In this document: one piece after another, positions 14,380-26,195 of the stretch
Numbering within the stretch: position 1 is the first letter of the stretch
Layout of the letters: each line of letters starts with the position of its first letter
NCBI GenBank assembly: GCA_024679065.1
Contig: JAGIQG010000040.1
Span: forward strand, 7,192,001 to 7,256,000
DNA from: Sphyrna mokarran
Taxonomy: Eukaryota
Length of the DNA stretch: 64,000 nt
Direction: 5' to 3'
Notes under the pieces: model-generated
Database searches by the model: none
What the model saw: the letters and a program-made list of their open reading frames with translations, nothing else
What the model was told of the DNA's origin: nothing
Made by a program: the position numbers and the translations under genes

Positions 14380-17300
14380 GCCAGTACCTGGTGCTTTATT
14401 TACTGATATATACGGACTAGATAAATACAGACCATTACACGGTCGAGTGCAATGATTACTGACACAGGGACTATGTTAATTTAACATGATAAAGTGTCTT
14501 TTGCAAAATATACTGCTACGGTGTCAAGACTAATAAAAAATCTGAAACAAGAATAGCACAATATTTACTCACACAGGACTGAGATTAGTTTAGAGATAGT
14601 ATCTACCCCAGTATTTACTGATACAGCACCAAGAAAAATAAAACTTTTAAAGAGTTTGTTATCTTTACTTACTGATATAGGATGTAGGATAATATAGATT
14701 GATCCGAAATATATTGCAGAAATTTATTGTTACAGGAAATTGATTTATATAGATTAATGCAGAATATAGTGCAGTATTTACAGATGTAGGAACTTGCTTA
14801 ATATGGATTGATCCAGAATATAGTGCTGTGCTTACTTATAGAAGACATAAATTAATATAAATTGATGCAGAATATAGTATAATACGAAGTTTAGAATTAA
14901 TATAGATTGATGCAGAATGCAGCACAGTATTCACTGACACAAGAGCTAGATTAATAGAGATAAGTACTAAATTTATATAGTATTTACTGACATAGGAATT
15001 AGATTAATAGAGATAGGCACAAAATATAATGCAGTATTTATTGATACAGGAAACAGATTAATATAGATTGATACAGAATATATCATAGAATTTAATGAGA
15101 CGGGTTCATGTACATACAGATTGATACAGAATATTGTGCATGCTAACAGACACAGAGGAATATTGATATATTCTGAGACAGGGTCCAGTGAAGTGATTAC
15201 AGGATCTAGTCCAGTGATTATTGATACAGTGCCTAAATGAATATAAACTGATACAAGATTTAGTGCAATATTTACTTTTACAGGGTCTTTTTTTAATATC
15301 ACCTGATGCAGAGCGTAGTGCAGTGATTACTGATATAGATTTTAGATAATACTGATGCAAGTTAGAGCGTAGTTTTTCTGTTGTACTGGCACAAGATTAA
15401 TATAAATTGATACAGGATCTAGTGCAATATTTATTGATACAGAGTATAGATTAATATATACAATACATTACAATGCAATGTGTACTGATACAGGCCCTAG
15501 ATTAATGTAAACTGATACAGGGTGCAGTTCAGTACTTACTAATACAGAGTTTAGATTAATATACATTGACATATTATATGGAAGTGAATACTGACTTAGG
15601 CCCGAGCTTAATTTAAACCGCAGTTTGGGTCTAGTGCAGTGACTACTGGTACAGGCCCTAGATTAATATAAACTGAGGCTGGGCCTAGGGTAGTGATTAG
15701 TAGAGTACTTAAAGTTACATGGTTTACATTAATATGAACTGGTATAGACTCTAATTAATTATTAAACGATGCAGGATTTAGAGAAAAAGACAAGTTTAAA
15801 AAGATGCAGGGTCTAGCGCAGTGAAAACTGAAAGGTTATAGATTGATATAAACGGAAGTTGCAACTAATCCAATGAGTAATGACACAGAGTGTAGATGAA
15901 TATAGACTGTTACAGGGTCTGGTGTGGCATTTACTGGTGAGTGGTATATTAGTAGAAATTGATACAGAATAAAGAACTGTCTTTAACAAAGCAGATCCGA
16001 AATTAATATAAAACGATAGTGATGCTGCACTAATTGTGCAGTTTTAGTACAATCTTACCTGGTACAGGGCCGAGTTTGATATAAAAATACTGTTCCTGGT
16101 GAATGGGATTACAGTTTAAGAACCTTGATGAAAAGAAATAATGATGGGACCAAGTACAGTGACTACTGGTACAAGGCTGAGATGAAAATACATTGAGGCT
16201 ACATCAAATGCGATGGCAACTGTGAATTCCCTGAATGAAAATTAACTTAATAGTCTGAAGCAGTCATTTCTGATGTATAACCTAGACCAATAGCAATCAA
16301 AAGACGCATTATTACAGAGATGGCAGATGAGTAAATGTGCAGAATTTCACAGAGGTTCAAAACTGGGCCCCTGTGAAGCATCAGAGTAGACCACCAGCAG
16401 CAATAGAATTGCATCAAACCACTCTAACCTAAGTATCTTTAACACTCTAACCCAAACACAGGGCAGCACTGTAGCACAGTGGTTAGCACTGCTGCTTCAC
16501 AGCTGCAGGGACCTGGGTTCGAATCCCGGTTTGGGTTATTGTCTGTGTGGAGTTTGCACATTCTCCCTGTGTCTGCGTGGGTTTCTTCCCACAGTCCAAA
16601 GATGTACGGGCTAGGTTGATTGGCCATTCTAAATTGCCCTTGGTGTCCCGGGATGCATAGGTTAGAGGGGTTAATGGGTAAATTATATGGGTTCAGGGCC
16701 TGGCTGGGATTCTGATTGGTGCAGACTTGATGGACTGAATGGCTTCTTCCTGCACTGTGGGAGTCTACGACAAGCTACAGAGAATTGACTACTAACAGAG
16801 GGTGAAGTTAATGTAAAAGACAGGAACTAGTGCAGTGTATAATAACAGAAACTGATAATGGATCCCGATCAATATAAAAGGAGACAGGACGTGGTGCAGT
16901 GATTACGCATCCAGGGCCTAGACTAATATAAACTAAGAGAAGATCTCATGCAGTGTATAGTGTTAAATGATTTGGAGTAATAGCAGCAGTCCTTGCTGCT
17001 ACTATAGGTATTACTGACAATAAAATTTATGACGGGAATTCCTGATACAGAGAGCCGATTACTAAAATGGAGACAAGGCCTGAAGCTGTAAATGTTAACA
17101 CAACACCGAAAGAAAATTTAAATATACATTTAATGAGGAAGTTTTAAATGGATGACATTCTAAGATATTGAAGAATCCATAAGTTGTGCAGTGAAAATTA
17201 AGGCATAAACTAGTACAATGAAATTGATGTAGGATTTTGTGTCTTATCTCAAAACCATCTGAGGATGCAATGTAATCTTGGAAAGCCTACGGCACAAAAC

Positions 17301-18250
17301 CACACACAAAAGGCTTCAGTCAGAGCTAAGACAAGTGTCGAAATCAGGTCTGAGATGCAAGACCAAGTATCATGTTTTGTGAAAGGTGATGGATAGCTAA
17401 ACAACTATTATAAAATGAGGCTACACAATGCCTCCTGGGGGTGCGCAGCACATCATTGCAAACGAGAAAGATGGCTTTTTTTGGAAGTTACCCAATAACA
17501 TGCTCACTATTGCTCAGTTTTGGTTCTATCATGGTAGTTCCACACTTATTTGCAACCTTGGCCCAACTGGTTGCACAGGTACAGATCAAGGGTGATGTGA
17601 CAATGGGCACTCATTGACATCAAGTTAACAATTTAAATTTTGTCATCTGCAGGTTCCAGTCAACTGAAATAATCGAATGGGAGAGGGAGCAACCCCTGTA
17701 TAAAGCCATAATAGATACAAACACAGATGCGGAAACTGAAGGTCAATGGTTTCAACCCCAGGACATCACTACAGAATTTCCTCACAATAGCTTTCAAGGT
17801 CCAAAGATCATAGATAGAGTCCGCAGAACGGCATCCATCACAGGTTCCATCAAGTTGGAACAGAAATAACTTGTCTGTCGTCTTAAGAAACTTTCAAAGA
17901 AGAAACATATGGTCTGTAGATCAATATAGTCAGAGGAAGGTACTGTTCAGCGATAATGATACAGGGCCTCGATTAATGTGAACTGAGACAGGGTCCAGTA
18001 TAGCAATTATTTATACAAGGCATCGACTAATATAAATAGAGACAGATTTGTAGCCATTGATTACGAATGGATGGTCTAGATTAATATGAACAGAGAGACG
18101 ACCAAGGGTAGTCTTTATTGATAAAGTGTTCAAATTCATATCTACAGACATAATAGCTATAATAGTGATTAGATTTAGGAGTTTTGGAGTACTATCAACA
18201 GAGACAAGTTCTTGCAAATTGATTATGATTGAAGTGTCTGGATTAATATG
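14380..18250. repeat. Degenerate ~54-bp (2 x ~27) tandem satellite, interrupted by a SINE and other DNA
   Basis: GATTAAT recurs at 15395, 15449, 15500, 15554 and 15661. Approximate consensus gattaatataaactgatacagggtctagtgcagtatttactgatacaggnccta. Confidence 0.75.
16461..16770 (+). mobile_element. HE1-like tRNA-derived SINE
   Basis: tagcacagtggttagc (A box), ggttcgaatccc (B box), HE1 body and CR1-like tail. Confidence 0.82.
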
Positions 18251-18765
18251 AAAATTAACAGGCTGCAGAGAATTGACTGCTAGTATAGGGTGAAGTTAAT
18301 GTAAAAAGACAGGAACTAGCGCAGTGTATAATAACAGAAACTGATAATGGATCCCGATCAATATAAAAGGAGACAGGACGTGGTGCAGTGATTACGCATC
18401 CAGGGCCTAGACTAATATAAACTGAGAGAAGATCTCATGCAGTGTATAGTGTTAAACAGCATGGAGTAATAGCAGCAGTCCTTGCTGCTACTGTAGGGAT
18501 TACTGACAATAAAATTTATGACGGGAATTCCTGGTACAGAGAGCTGATTACTAAAATGAAGACAAGGCCTGAAGCTGTAAATGTTAACACAACACCGAAG
18601 GAAAATTTAAATATACATTTAATGAGGAAGTTTTAAATGGATGACATTCTAAGATATTGAAGAGCAGACAAGTTATGCAGAGAAAATTAAGACATAACTA
18701 TTACAATGAAATTAATATAGGGTTTGGTGTCTTATCTCAAAATCATCTGAGGATGCAATGTAATC
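16778..18765 (+). repeat. ~500-bp direct duplication (16778-17277 and 18266-18765)
   Basis: Long near-identical runs, e.g. gaaactgataatggatcccgatcaatataaaaggagacaggacgtggtgcagtgattacgcatccagggcctagac in both copies. Confidence 0.92.
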
Positions 18766-21068
18766 AAAGGGATGGTTTATTTATTAACATCGAATAAATA
18801 TATTTTCTGGGCTACAGATACTCCTGCCAGTGCAAAATTTTTATCTTCAAATACAATACCTCATACCACAGAACCATTTCCGTTAACATCCTCCTCGGAT
18901 TGTTGCTGGTAATGATTGCAATCCCAGTTTCCTTTCATGCTGATGCTGCATTTCACATTGTATTTAAGACATCCACCTACCTTGCCTTTTCTCGGTATCC
19001 ATTTGCAATCTCTGATCCCTATAAATGAACTAATCAAAAATATAGTGCAATTTTACAGAAGTGCCAGATGAATCACCAAAGTTGACAAGAATACTCGCCG
19101 CTTAAAATTAAACTGATCCATGTGGACTAGGCACATTTTAGGGACGTGGAACAAAATGATTTAATTCCAAGCCACCAACTCTTAGATGTCGAATGTATTT
19201 CCTGAGTGACTGTCATAAATAGCCAGGAACCATTCCTCAAGTTTTGCAGCAAAGTAATGCTGCCAGAATTCAGATGTGACAATGTCTCCGCAACCTTAGG
19301 AGAATGTAGCATGGAAGTAAATTAATTGAGTTTAGTAATCCAGAAGCCATTAAAAACTTCCACGCATACGTTATTTAAAATTTCACTACAGTAGATATGA
19401 ATTCCATTCATCAATAAAGCAGAATAAAATTATTATTGTATTAATAACGTAAACACTGATTTGCCATAAAGCTCACCAGTTTTTCTTATGGCATTTGGGG
19501 TAGGAATTTTGCGTAAATTCCAAACTGCCGCCTGGAGGGTCCCCCCAAGACACTCCTTTCTGACTTGAAAATATGCCGCCGGACCTTCACTGCCACTGGG
19601 TCAAAATACTGGAATTCCCTCCCTAACAGTGCTATGCTTGTATGAAACCATAAGGGTTGAACCATTTCAAGAACATAGCTCATCACCATGCCCAAATGGG
19701 GAAATAGAGATGCATAATAAATGCTAGCCTAGTCAGCGTCACTCATATCCCACGAGATGATTTAAAAAAATCATAATCAATATACAAAATTTGGATTGAC
19801 TCGTTGATGTCCCTAGAATGACCTTGGATACGATTCAGCTGTATCAACAGTACGCCACTAGTAATGTGCATAATGCACAGACTGCGGCGGTTCAAGATGC
19901 CAGCTCCTCATCATTTTCCCGAGAGCACTTGGAAATTGGACAATGAACTCCGGCCTTACTTACCAATCTCACAACCATACAAGCAGTAATTCCAAAACAC
20001 AAAATTGTTCAAAATACCGCGGATGCTGTAAACCGAAACCTGATACAGAAAATTCAGGAAACACTCAGCATTTCAGGTTGCATCTGTGCAGAAGGAAACA
20101 ACATTTACTTTTTAGGTCGATTAGATGATATATTATGTCGAGTGTCACTATTTCAAATAGAGTGGAGTTATCTCCTGTAGTTTCAATAAATGTTTACTCT
20201 GTAATTAACATTACCAAGGAAAAGATAAAACGATAATTTTTTACATCTCTGTTGGAGGGAGCTGTCTGTGCGTTAATCACATGTCGTTAGTGATTATTAT
20301 TCAAACAAGATATTTCAATGCATAGAAATATCTTTAGACAGTCTTGAGATGATGAACTGCCCTTAACAAATACTCGTTTTTCGGCTAAATGTGAACATTT
20401 CACAATACAGATTAAGATGTATTAAATGTCTAAAATTAACGTGATTGGAGGTCACTCCTGTAATACTATATTATCGGTCATTTTAAAATGCTTAGTTTAA
20501 AGGGATTGATGTTCAATGGGAAAACAAGCTGTCTGAGGAAACATAATAGATATAGGTCAAAAAACTTGCAGAACTGACTTCTTAAACGTAATGGGGTGTT
20601 CTATTCAAAATCAATAACATCTTTACTGAATAACTTTCGACTATTTGTCCTCATAAAAGTTTTTACAAACTATGAAGATTCTTAGAATAAATTCTTGTTG
20701 TGAATTGAAACGTCATTCAGTGACATTGTTGATTTTGTTTTGCTGCCATGAATACTCTGTAAAAAACAATGAACCGTTTGTGTAAATAGACACAGAATCA
20801 GATATTTGAGAATAGAACACTGAAAGACAGAAGCTCAATAGCTATTTTTCCATCAATAAAAACACAGAAATTACCAGAGACAGAAATTGAGACATGACAT
20901 AATATCATACCACAAAACATATTTCAGCAATGATTTTTATATTTAGAACAAGTCGAACAGTTATTAGAAAATGATGTAAATATTATATCCCTGTTCGAAA
21001 TTGTGTCTTTCTGTACATTTGTCTGTGCATGTTGCATTTGTGCCACTGTGTGAATGTGTGTAAGGCTG

Positions 21069-21197
21069 NNNNNNNNNNNNNNNNNNNNNNNNNNNNNNNN
21101 NNNNNNNNNNNNNNNNNNNNNNNNNNNNNNNNNNNNNNNNNNNNNNNNNNNNNNNNNNNNNNNNNNNNNNNNNNNNNNNNNNNNNNNNNNNNNNNNN
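21069..21197. other. Assembly gap (N run)
   Basis: Ns in sequence. Confidence 1.
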
Positions 21198-21903
21198 TAA
21201 TATGGATTTATACATTTATGTGTTTGTGTGCCTTTCTAAGTGTGATTACCTACGTACCTGAGCGTGTCTATGTATGAGTGTGTATGTGTGTGTAGGTGTG
21301 ACTGTGAGTGCGAGTGTAAAAAGGCAGACATTGGTGTGTGTCTACATTGAAGGAGGGCATGGATCTTGGAAGATTATAAGGCAGAGGAAGAGTCTATGTG
21401 CAAACAAATATTGAGTATATAGGTGCGATCACTGGTGAATAGCATTTAATATGAAAGTGAGTCAAACATGGATTCCTGGGAAATCCAGAAGTATCGCCAT
21501 GGCAGCAGGAAGATAAAGTATTAAAGAATATTTTCTTGCTGTGTGTTGCACTGCCCAGTTCGACAACTGAAATGATGTTTTGGGTTTGGGTGGAAGCGGG
21601 TGGCAGAGGCGAGTTTTGGAAGAGATATGAATTGTGTTCAACGATGTGAAATGCTGTAAACAATTGGAGAAATTTGAGGGTGAATTATTTCCCTCATCAC
21701 AATTGCTTAGTCTCTAATTTATGACAATCATATTCTCACTCTTATCGTTGTTCTAGTAACATGCGCCTTTGGGAGGACTCAGAGAAACTTTCCGTATACT
21801 TTGGGAATGTAGCACATCTCCAACGACTTTAATGACTTAATGACTTTATTCACTATCTTCCTTTCATGTGATTATTACTTGTACTGTTTAACAACTACCC
21901 TCA

Positions 21904-22093
21904 NNNNNNNNNNNNNNNNNNNNNNNNNNNNNNNNNNNNNNNNNNNNNNNNNNNNNNNNNNNNNNNNNNNNNNNNNNNNNNNNNNNNNNNNNNNNNNNNN
22001 NNNNNNNNNNNNNNNNNNNNNNNNNNNNNNNNNNNNNNNNNNNNNNNNNNNNNNNNNNNNNNNNNNNNNNNNNNNNNNNNNNNNNNNNNNNNN
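21904..22093. other. Assembly gap (N run)
   Basis: Ns in sequence. Confidence 1.
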
Positions 22094-22414
22094 GTAATCT
22101 GCTCAGTGTTGGTGGCATTTGCGTTGGAAAGAGAGAATCATTCATCGGCTTACTGCTCCCCTGGATGCCAATCTTATTGATCCATCATCTAGAGATTATT
22201 TTCACAGCTGCCAATTCAAAATGAGTCTGTGTCACAGCGATCAAGCAGCTGTGAGTCAATCAGGGTTTGTGCTTTCAGGACATTCCGATGGAGATTGACA
22301 GAACATCTGCTGGAAATACCTCGAACTTGAGCACCTCAATGGACATGTGCCCCGGCTTTGGTAATCATTCATTGTGTTCTTGAGTCTGAATGTGAACTCG
22401 GATCCCAGAAATCC

Positions 22415-22633
22415 ACTCACTCAGAGGGTGGTGAATGAATGGAATCGGCTGCCATTGGTGGTGCTCGAGGCGAACTCGCTGTGGTCTTTTAAAAGACTTC
22501 TGGATGAGTATATGGGATCCAATGGGATTGGGGGTTATAGATAGGCCTATGGCTGGGTAGGTTTTGATGTGTTCGGCACAACTTGTGGGCTGAAGGGCCT
22601 GTTTGTGCTGTAGTGTTCTATGTTCTATGTTCT
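22415..22633 (+). mobile_element. CR1 LINE 3' fragment
   Basis: tcactcagagggtgg...gggcctgtttgtgctg...(tgttcta)n. Confidence 0.88.
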
Positions 22634-22719
22634 AAATGATTACCCTAAAGTGCTCAAAGAGAATGCAGGTTCTGGGAATAAAAAGTAAATATTAAGTCCT
22701 CGAAATTGACGTCCATATT

Positions 22720-23270
22720 ACAGACACAGAGCCTTAAAATTTTACAGCATGGAACAAGGCCCTTCGGCCCAACTTGTGCATGCCACCCTTTTTTAACCAC
22801 CATGCTATTCCGAATTTCCCGCAGTTGGCCCATATCTTGTTATACCACCTTATCCATGTACCTATCTAAATACCTTTTAAAAGACAAAATTGCAGCCGGC
22901 TCCACCAGTACCTCTGGCAGGTGTTCCAGACAGTCACCACCCTTTGTGTAAAAAATTGCTCCTCTGGACTCTTGTGTCCTCTGGACCCTTACCACTTAAA
23001 ACCATCCCTTCTAGTTTAGATTCTCTTAAATTTGAGGAAAGGTATTGACTATCTAATTGATCTATGCCTCTTATATTTTATAGACGTCTGTAAAATCACT
23101 GCAAAGTCTATTACAGTCCAGAGGAAATAGTTCCAATCCATCCAACTTCTCTGTATAAGACAGATTATCAAGTCCGGTAGCATCCTAGTAAGTCTTTTCT
23201 ACACTCTTTCTAGTTTAATAACATCTTTTCTATAATAGGGTGAATAGAATTGTACAGAGTTTTCCAATTG
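22720..23270 (-). mobile_element. Older CR1 LINE 3' fragment
   Basis: ggcccttcggcccaac tail and decayed RT C-terminus, similar to 35890-36840. Confidence 0.75.
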
Positions 23271-24794
23271 TGGTAGATCAATAGAGATGCAAATAGGTTT
23301 AAAAAATGTTGCTGGACAGATCTCTATCCAAATGGCTTACTATCTTCCTGCTCCAGGCTGGAATTAGCTTGTTGATGTTATTGTACAAAATGCATAGATA
23401 CTTTCTGAAAATTACAATGTGAATCATCATCTCCCCATGCTGGTGACTTGCGTGTTTCTGGCACAAGCAGTGGAGTAGGGATACCGACACATTTTGTGTA
23501 AGGCATGTGCATGGTACACAGCACACAGAATTTGAGGCTTCAATTGAGGAAGAATATTTTGACAGATAATTTCAATGCCCACTTTGCAATTCTATTTCTC
23601 AATGGGGCACGTGTTTATTGAATGGGATGAGGTGCAAGGTCAGGTGTTTCTGGTGTGTCAGTGCAGACTCGAAGGGCCGAATGTCCCCTTCCCGACTTAT
23701 GATTCTATAACTTATTTCTCACATATAAAAGAGCATAATAACCGATTTGATACCAGTATTTGATAAAATTAATAATTTTCTGCTTGACCCATGACCTACA
23801 GTCTGTTGAGTTATTATCCCATTGTAGACTCTGACTGGAAACTCAAGTTGTTCACATGGGTTTCAGTATCATGCAAACTTCTAATTTTAATTTGTAACAC
23901 GTTCTGCTACAGCTGTGTAGATGTCTTGATGTCTTCAAAATTGTTGAAGGCAATTGTAACAGGAATTCAACGACGTCTCTTTCCTCACGAATATTAACAA
24001 TAAATCATCAAACTCTTGATATCCCAAGTATCTTAGAATAGTTTCTCATTTAACATGTTCAAACTTATCTATATTGTTTGATCTCCATCACTGAGCATTT
24101 TCCCATGACTTGTGAGCTATAATGATTAGAAAGGGAGACACTGTGATTTAGTTATCACTGTCATAGATTATCATCTGGGTTGTGCAGTGTCATCCTGCAA
24201 ACATTAATCTGTGGAAGTACCAATCGTTTGTAATGAAAATCGTTCAATGTGAAATAAAATAACAATCTTCACACAGTGGATGTGAGCACAATTTAGTGGC
24301 CTACAGATTCATGGAGGATTCTTTTAAAGTGAAGTTCCATACTTCACAAAGGATTATATCTGAAATTACTTGATATCATTCCAAAATTATCAATGTCCTG
24401 AGACAAGCAGCACGGCTTTCTTGAGATCAATTTTAGTAATACCTTTATCCTTTATCTTACATCCCACAAAGAGAATGAGAACAAGTTTCAGTTACACAAT
24501 GCCTTTCACAATCTCGAGACATCTCGATGTGTTGTGCAGCCACTAAATATTTTATTTTATATAACCATTACTGCATTCAAGGGGGAAGCCGTCATAAATT
24601 TACACACAGCAAAAATTAAAAAAAAAACATTCTGGTAAATCTATTTGTGTGATGTTGTTTGTGGAATAAATATTGTCCCCGTACACAGGAGAGATCTCGC
24701 CTGTTCTTCAACATATTTCCACGCTTGATTTTCTGCCCATTAGAGAGGAATTGTTCATTAAAGATAATTGGGATGTGTTTTGGGACTGCCATGC

Positions 24795-25170
24795 GGATCT
24801 TGCCAAAGACTTACTGAAGTCCATGCAGACAACACCCTTACCCTCCCTACTGCCCTACCCTCATCAATCATCCTCATCGCTTCCTCGAAAAACTCAATCA
24901 AATTATTGAGACACGACCTCTCCTTCATCAAACAATATTGCCTTTCACTAATGCGTCCACTTACTTCCAAGTGGGAATAATTTCCCTACCACTGATGTGA
25001 GGCTGACCGGCTTGTAATTACTCGATTAATCTTGCTACCCTTCATAAACAAAGGAACAACATTGTCTATTCTCCAATCCTCTGGGACCTCTCCTAGAGCC
25101 AGTGAGGATACAAAGATTTCTTTCACGGTCCCAGCAATTTCCTCCCTTGCCTCTCAGTATTTTGGGATAT
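24795..25170 (-). mobile_element. CR1 RT internal fragment
   Basis: ORF 24758-24970 contains RSCLNNLIEFFEE...IDEGRAV. Confidence 0.8.
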
Positions 25171-25839
25171 AGTTTCCTGATTAATAGAGACTAATACAAA
25201 CTAGAGTGTCTCCCCTTTACTGATGATACAAGCCCAAGATTCATATAAATGGATAGAGGGCTCCTGTAATATTTACTGATACAGTGTTTAGGGTAATATG
25301 AAATGATAGATTATAATGCACTGTTGACTGAGACAGACCTTTGATTAATTTAAATTGAGGTTTGGTCTAGTGTAGTGATAAATGGTACAGGTCCGAAATT
25401 CATGTAAATTGAGGCAAGATCTAATGCAGTGATAAATGATACAGGTTTTAAATTAATGTGGACTGATATAGAGTCCGATGCTTTATTTACTGATAGTCGG
25501 GATATCCCATCTGGTTCACTACAATTGCTTGCAGACTTATTTGCGAAACTCACAACCACTAAAAAGAATTGGAGGGAGGGGAATAGTTCAATTGTAGGGG
25601 AAATTAGAAAACCCAAATTAAAGGAAAAGGTAAAAGTGCAGTTTAACAATGTGAAGGGTGGTTGCAAGACAATAAATGTGAGGTACAGAACAGGACAATG
25701 ACTTCATGCACCAAGAAATTAAAGAAGTGTAGTGACAATTATAGTAGAACACATTTGAAAGTTTTGCATCTAAATGGACGAAGCATTCAGAATAAAATTA
25801 ACGAGGCCATTCGCAACATTAAAATTATCACTACAATAC

Positions 25840-26195
25840 GGCGAGGCAGTGGTTTTAGTGCCAGATTACAAATCCAGAAAATGCACTTAACGTTCTGAGG
25901 ACCAGGGCTCAAATCCCACCATGGCAGCTTGTGGAATTTGAACACAATTAAAGAAGTAATATATCAGGAATTAAGGATCTACTGATGAGCGAGAAAACTT
26001 TGATTGTCGGGATATCCCATCTGGTTCACTAAAATCCTTTATGGAAGAAAATCTGCCATCCTTACCCAATCTGGCTTATATGTGCCACAACAATGTGATT
26101 GACTCTCAACTGCCCTCTGAACAAGGGCAGCTAGGGATGGGCAATAAAATGCTGGCCAGCCAACGACGCCCATGTCCCACAAATGAATAAAAAAA
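25840..26195 (+). mobile_element. Deu-domain SINE (SacSINE1-like); related relics at ~19330-19520 and ~41240-41540
   Basis: ggctcaaatcccaccatggcagc...catctggttcactaa...aatctgccatccttacc...gattgactctcaactgccctctgaa core, ending in aataaaaaaaa. Confidence 0.65.

Larger units (their letters stand above)
21462..23537 (-). pseudogene. Possible decayed LRR single-pass membrane gene (three candidate exons)
   Basis: AG/GT-bounded segments 23341-23537 (CCVPCTC; KYLCILYNNINKL fits LxLxxNxLxxL) and 22154-22671 (NLHSL*AL*GNHL, CR1-interrupted). A third segment 21462-21653 has an AG acceptor and a hydrophobic YSLILYLPAAMAILL. Confidence 0.3.

Noticed and set aside
14380-16400. Regularly spaced repeats resembling a CRISPR array or a classical switch region
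   Set aside because: Vertebrate DNA with degenerate tandem units and no unique spacers. AT-rich, not AGCT/G-rich, and upstream of V rather than in the J-C intron.
16461-16535. tRNA-like heads at SINE 5' ends
   Set aside because: They continue into HE1-type SINE bodies and do not form full cloverleaves, unlike the gene at 32717-32790.
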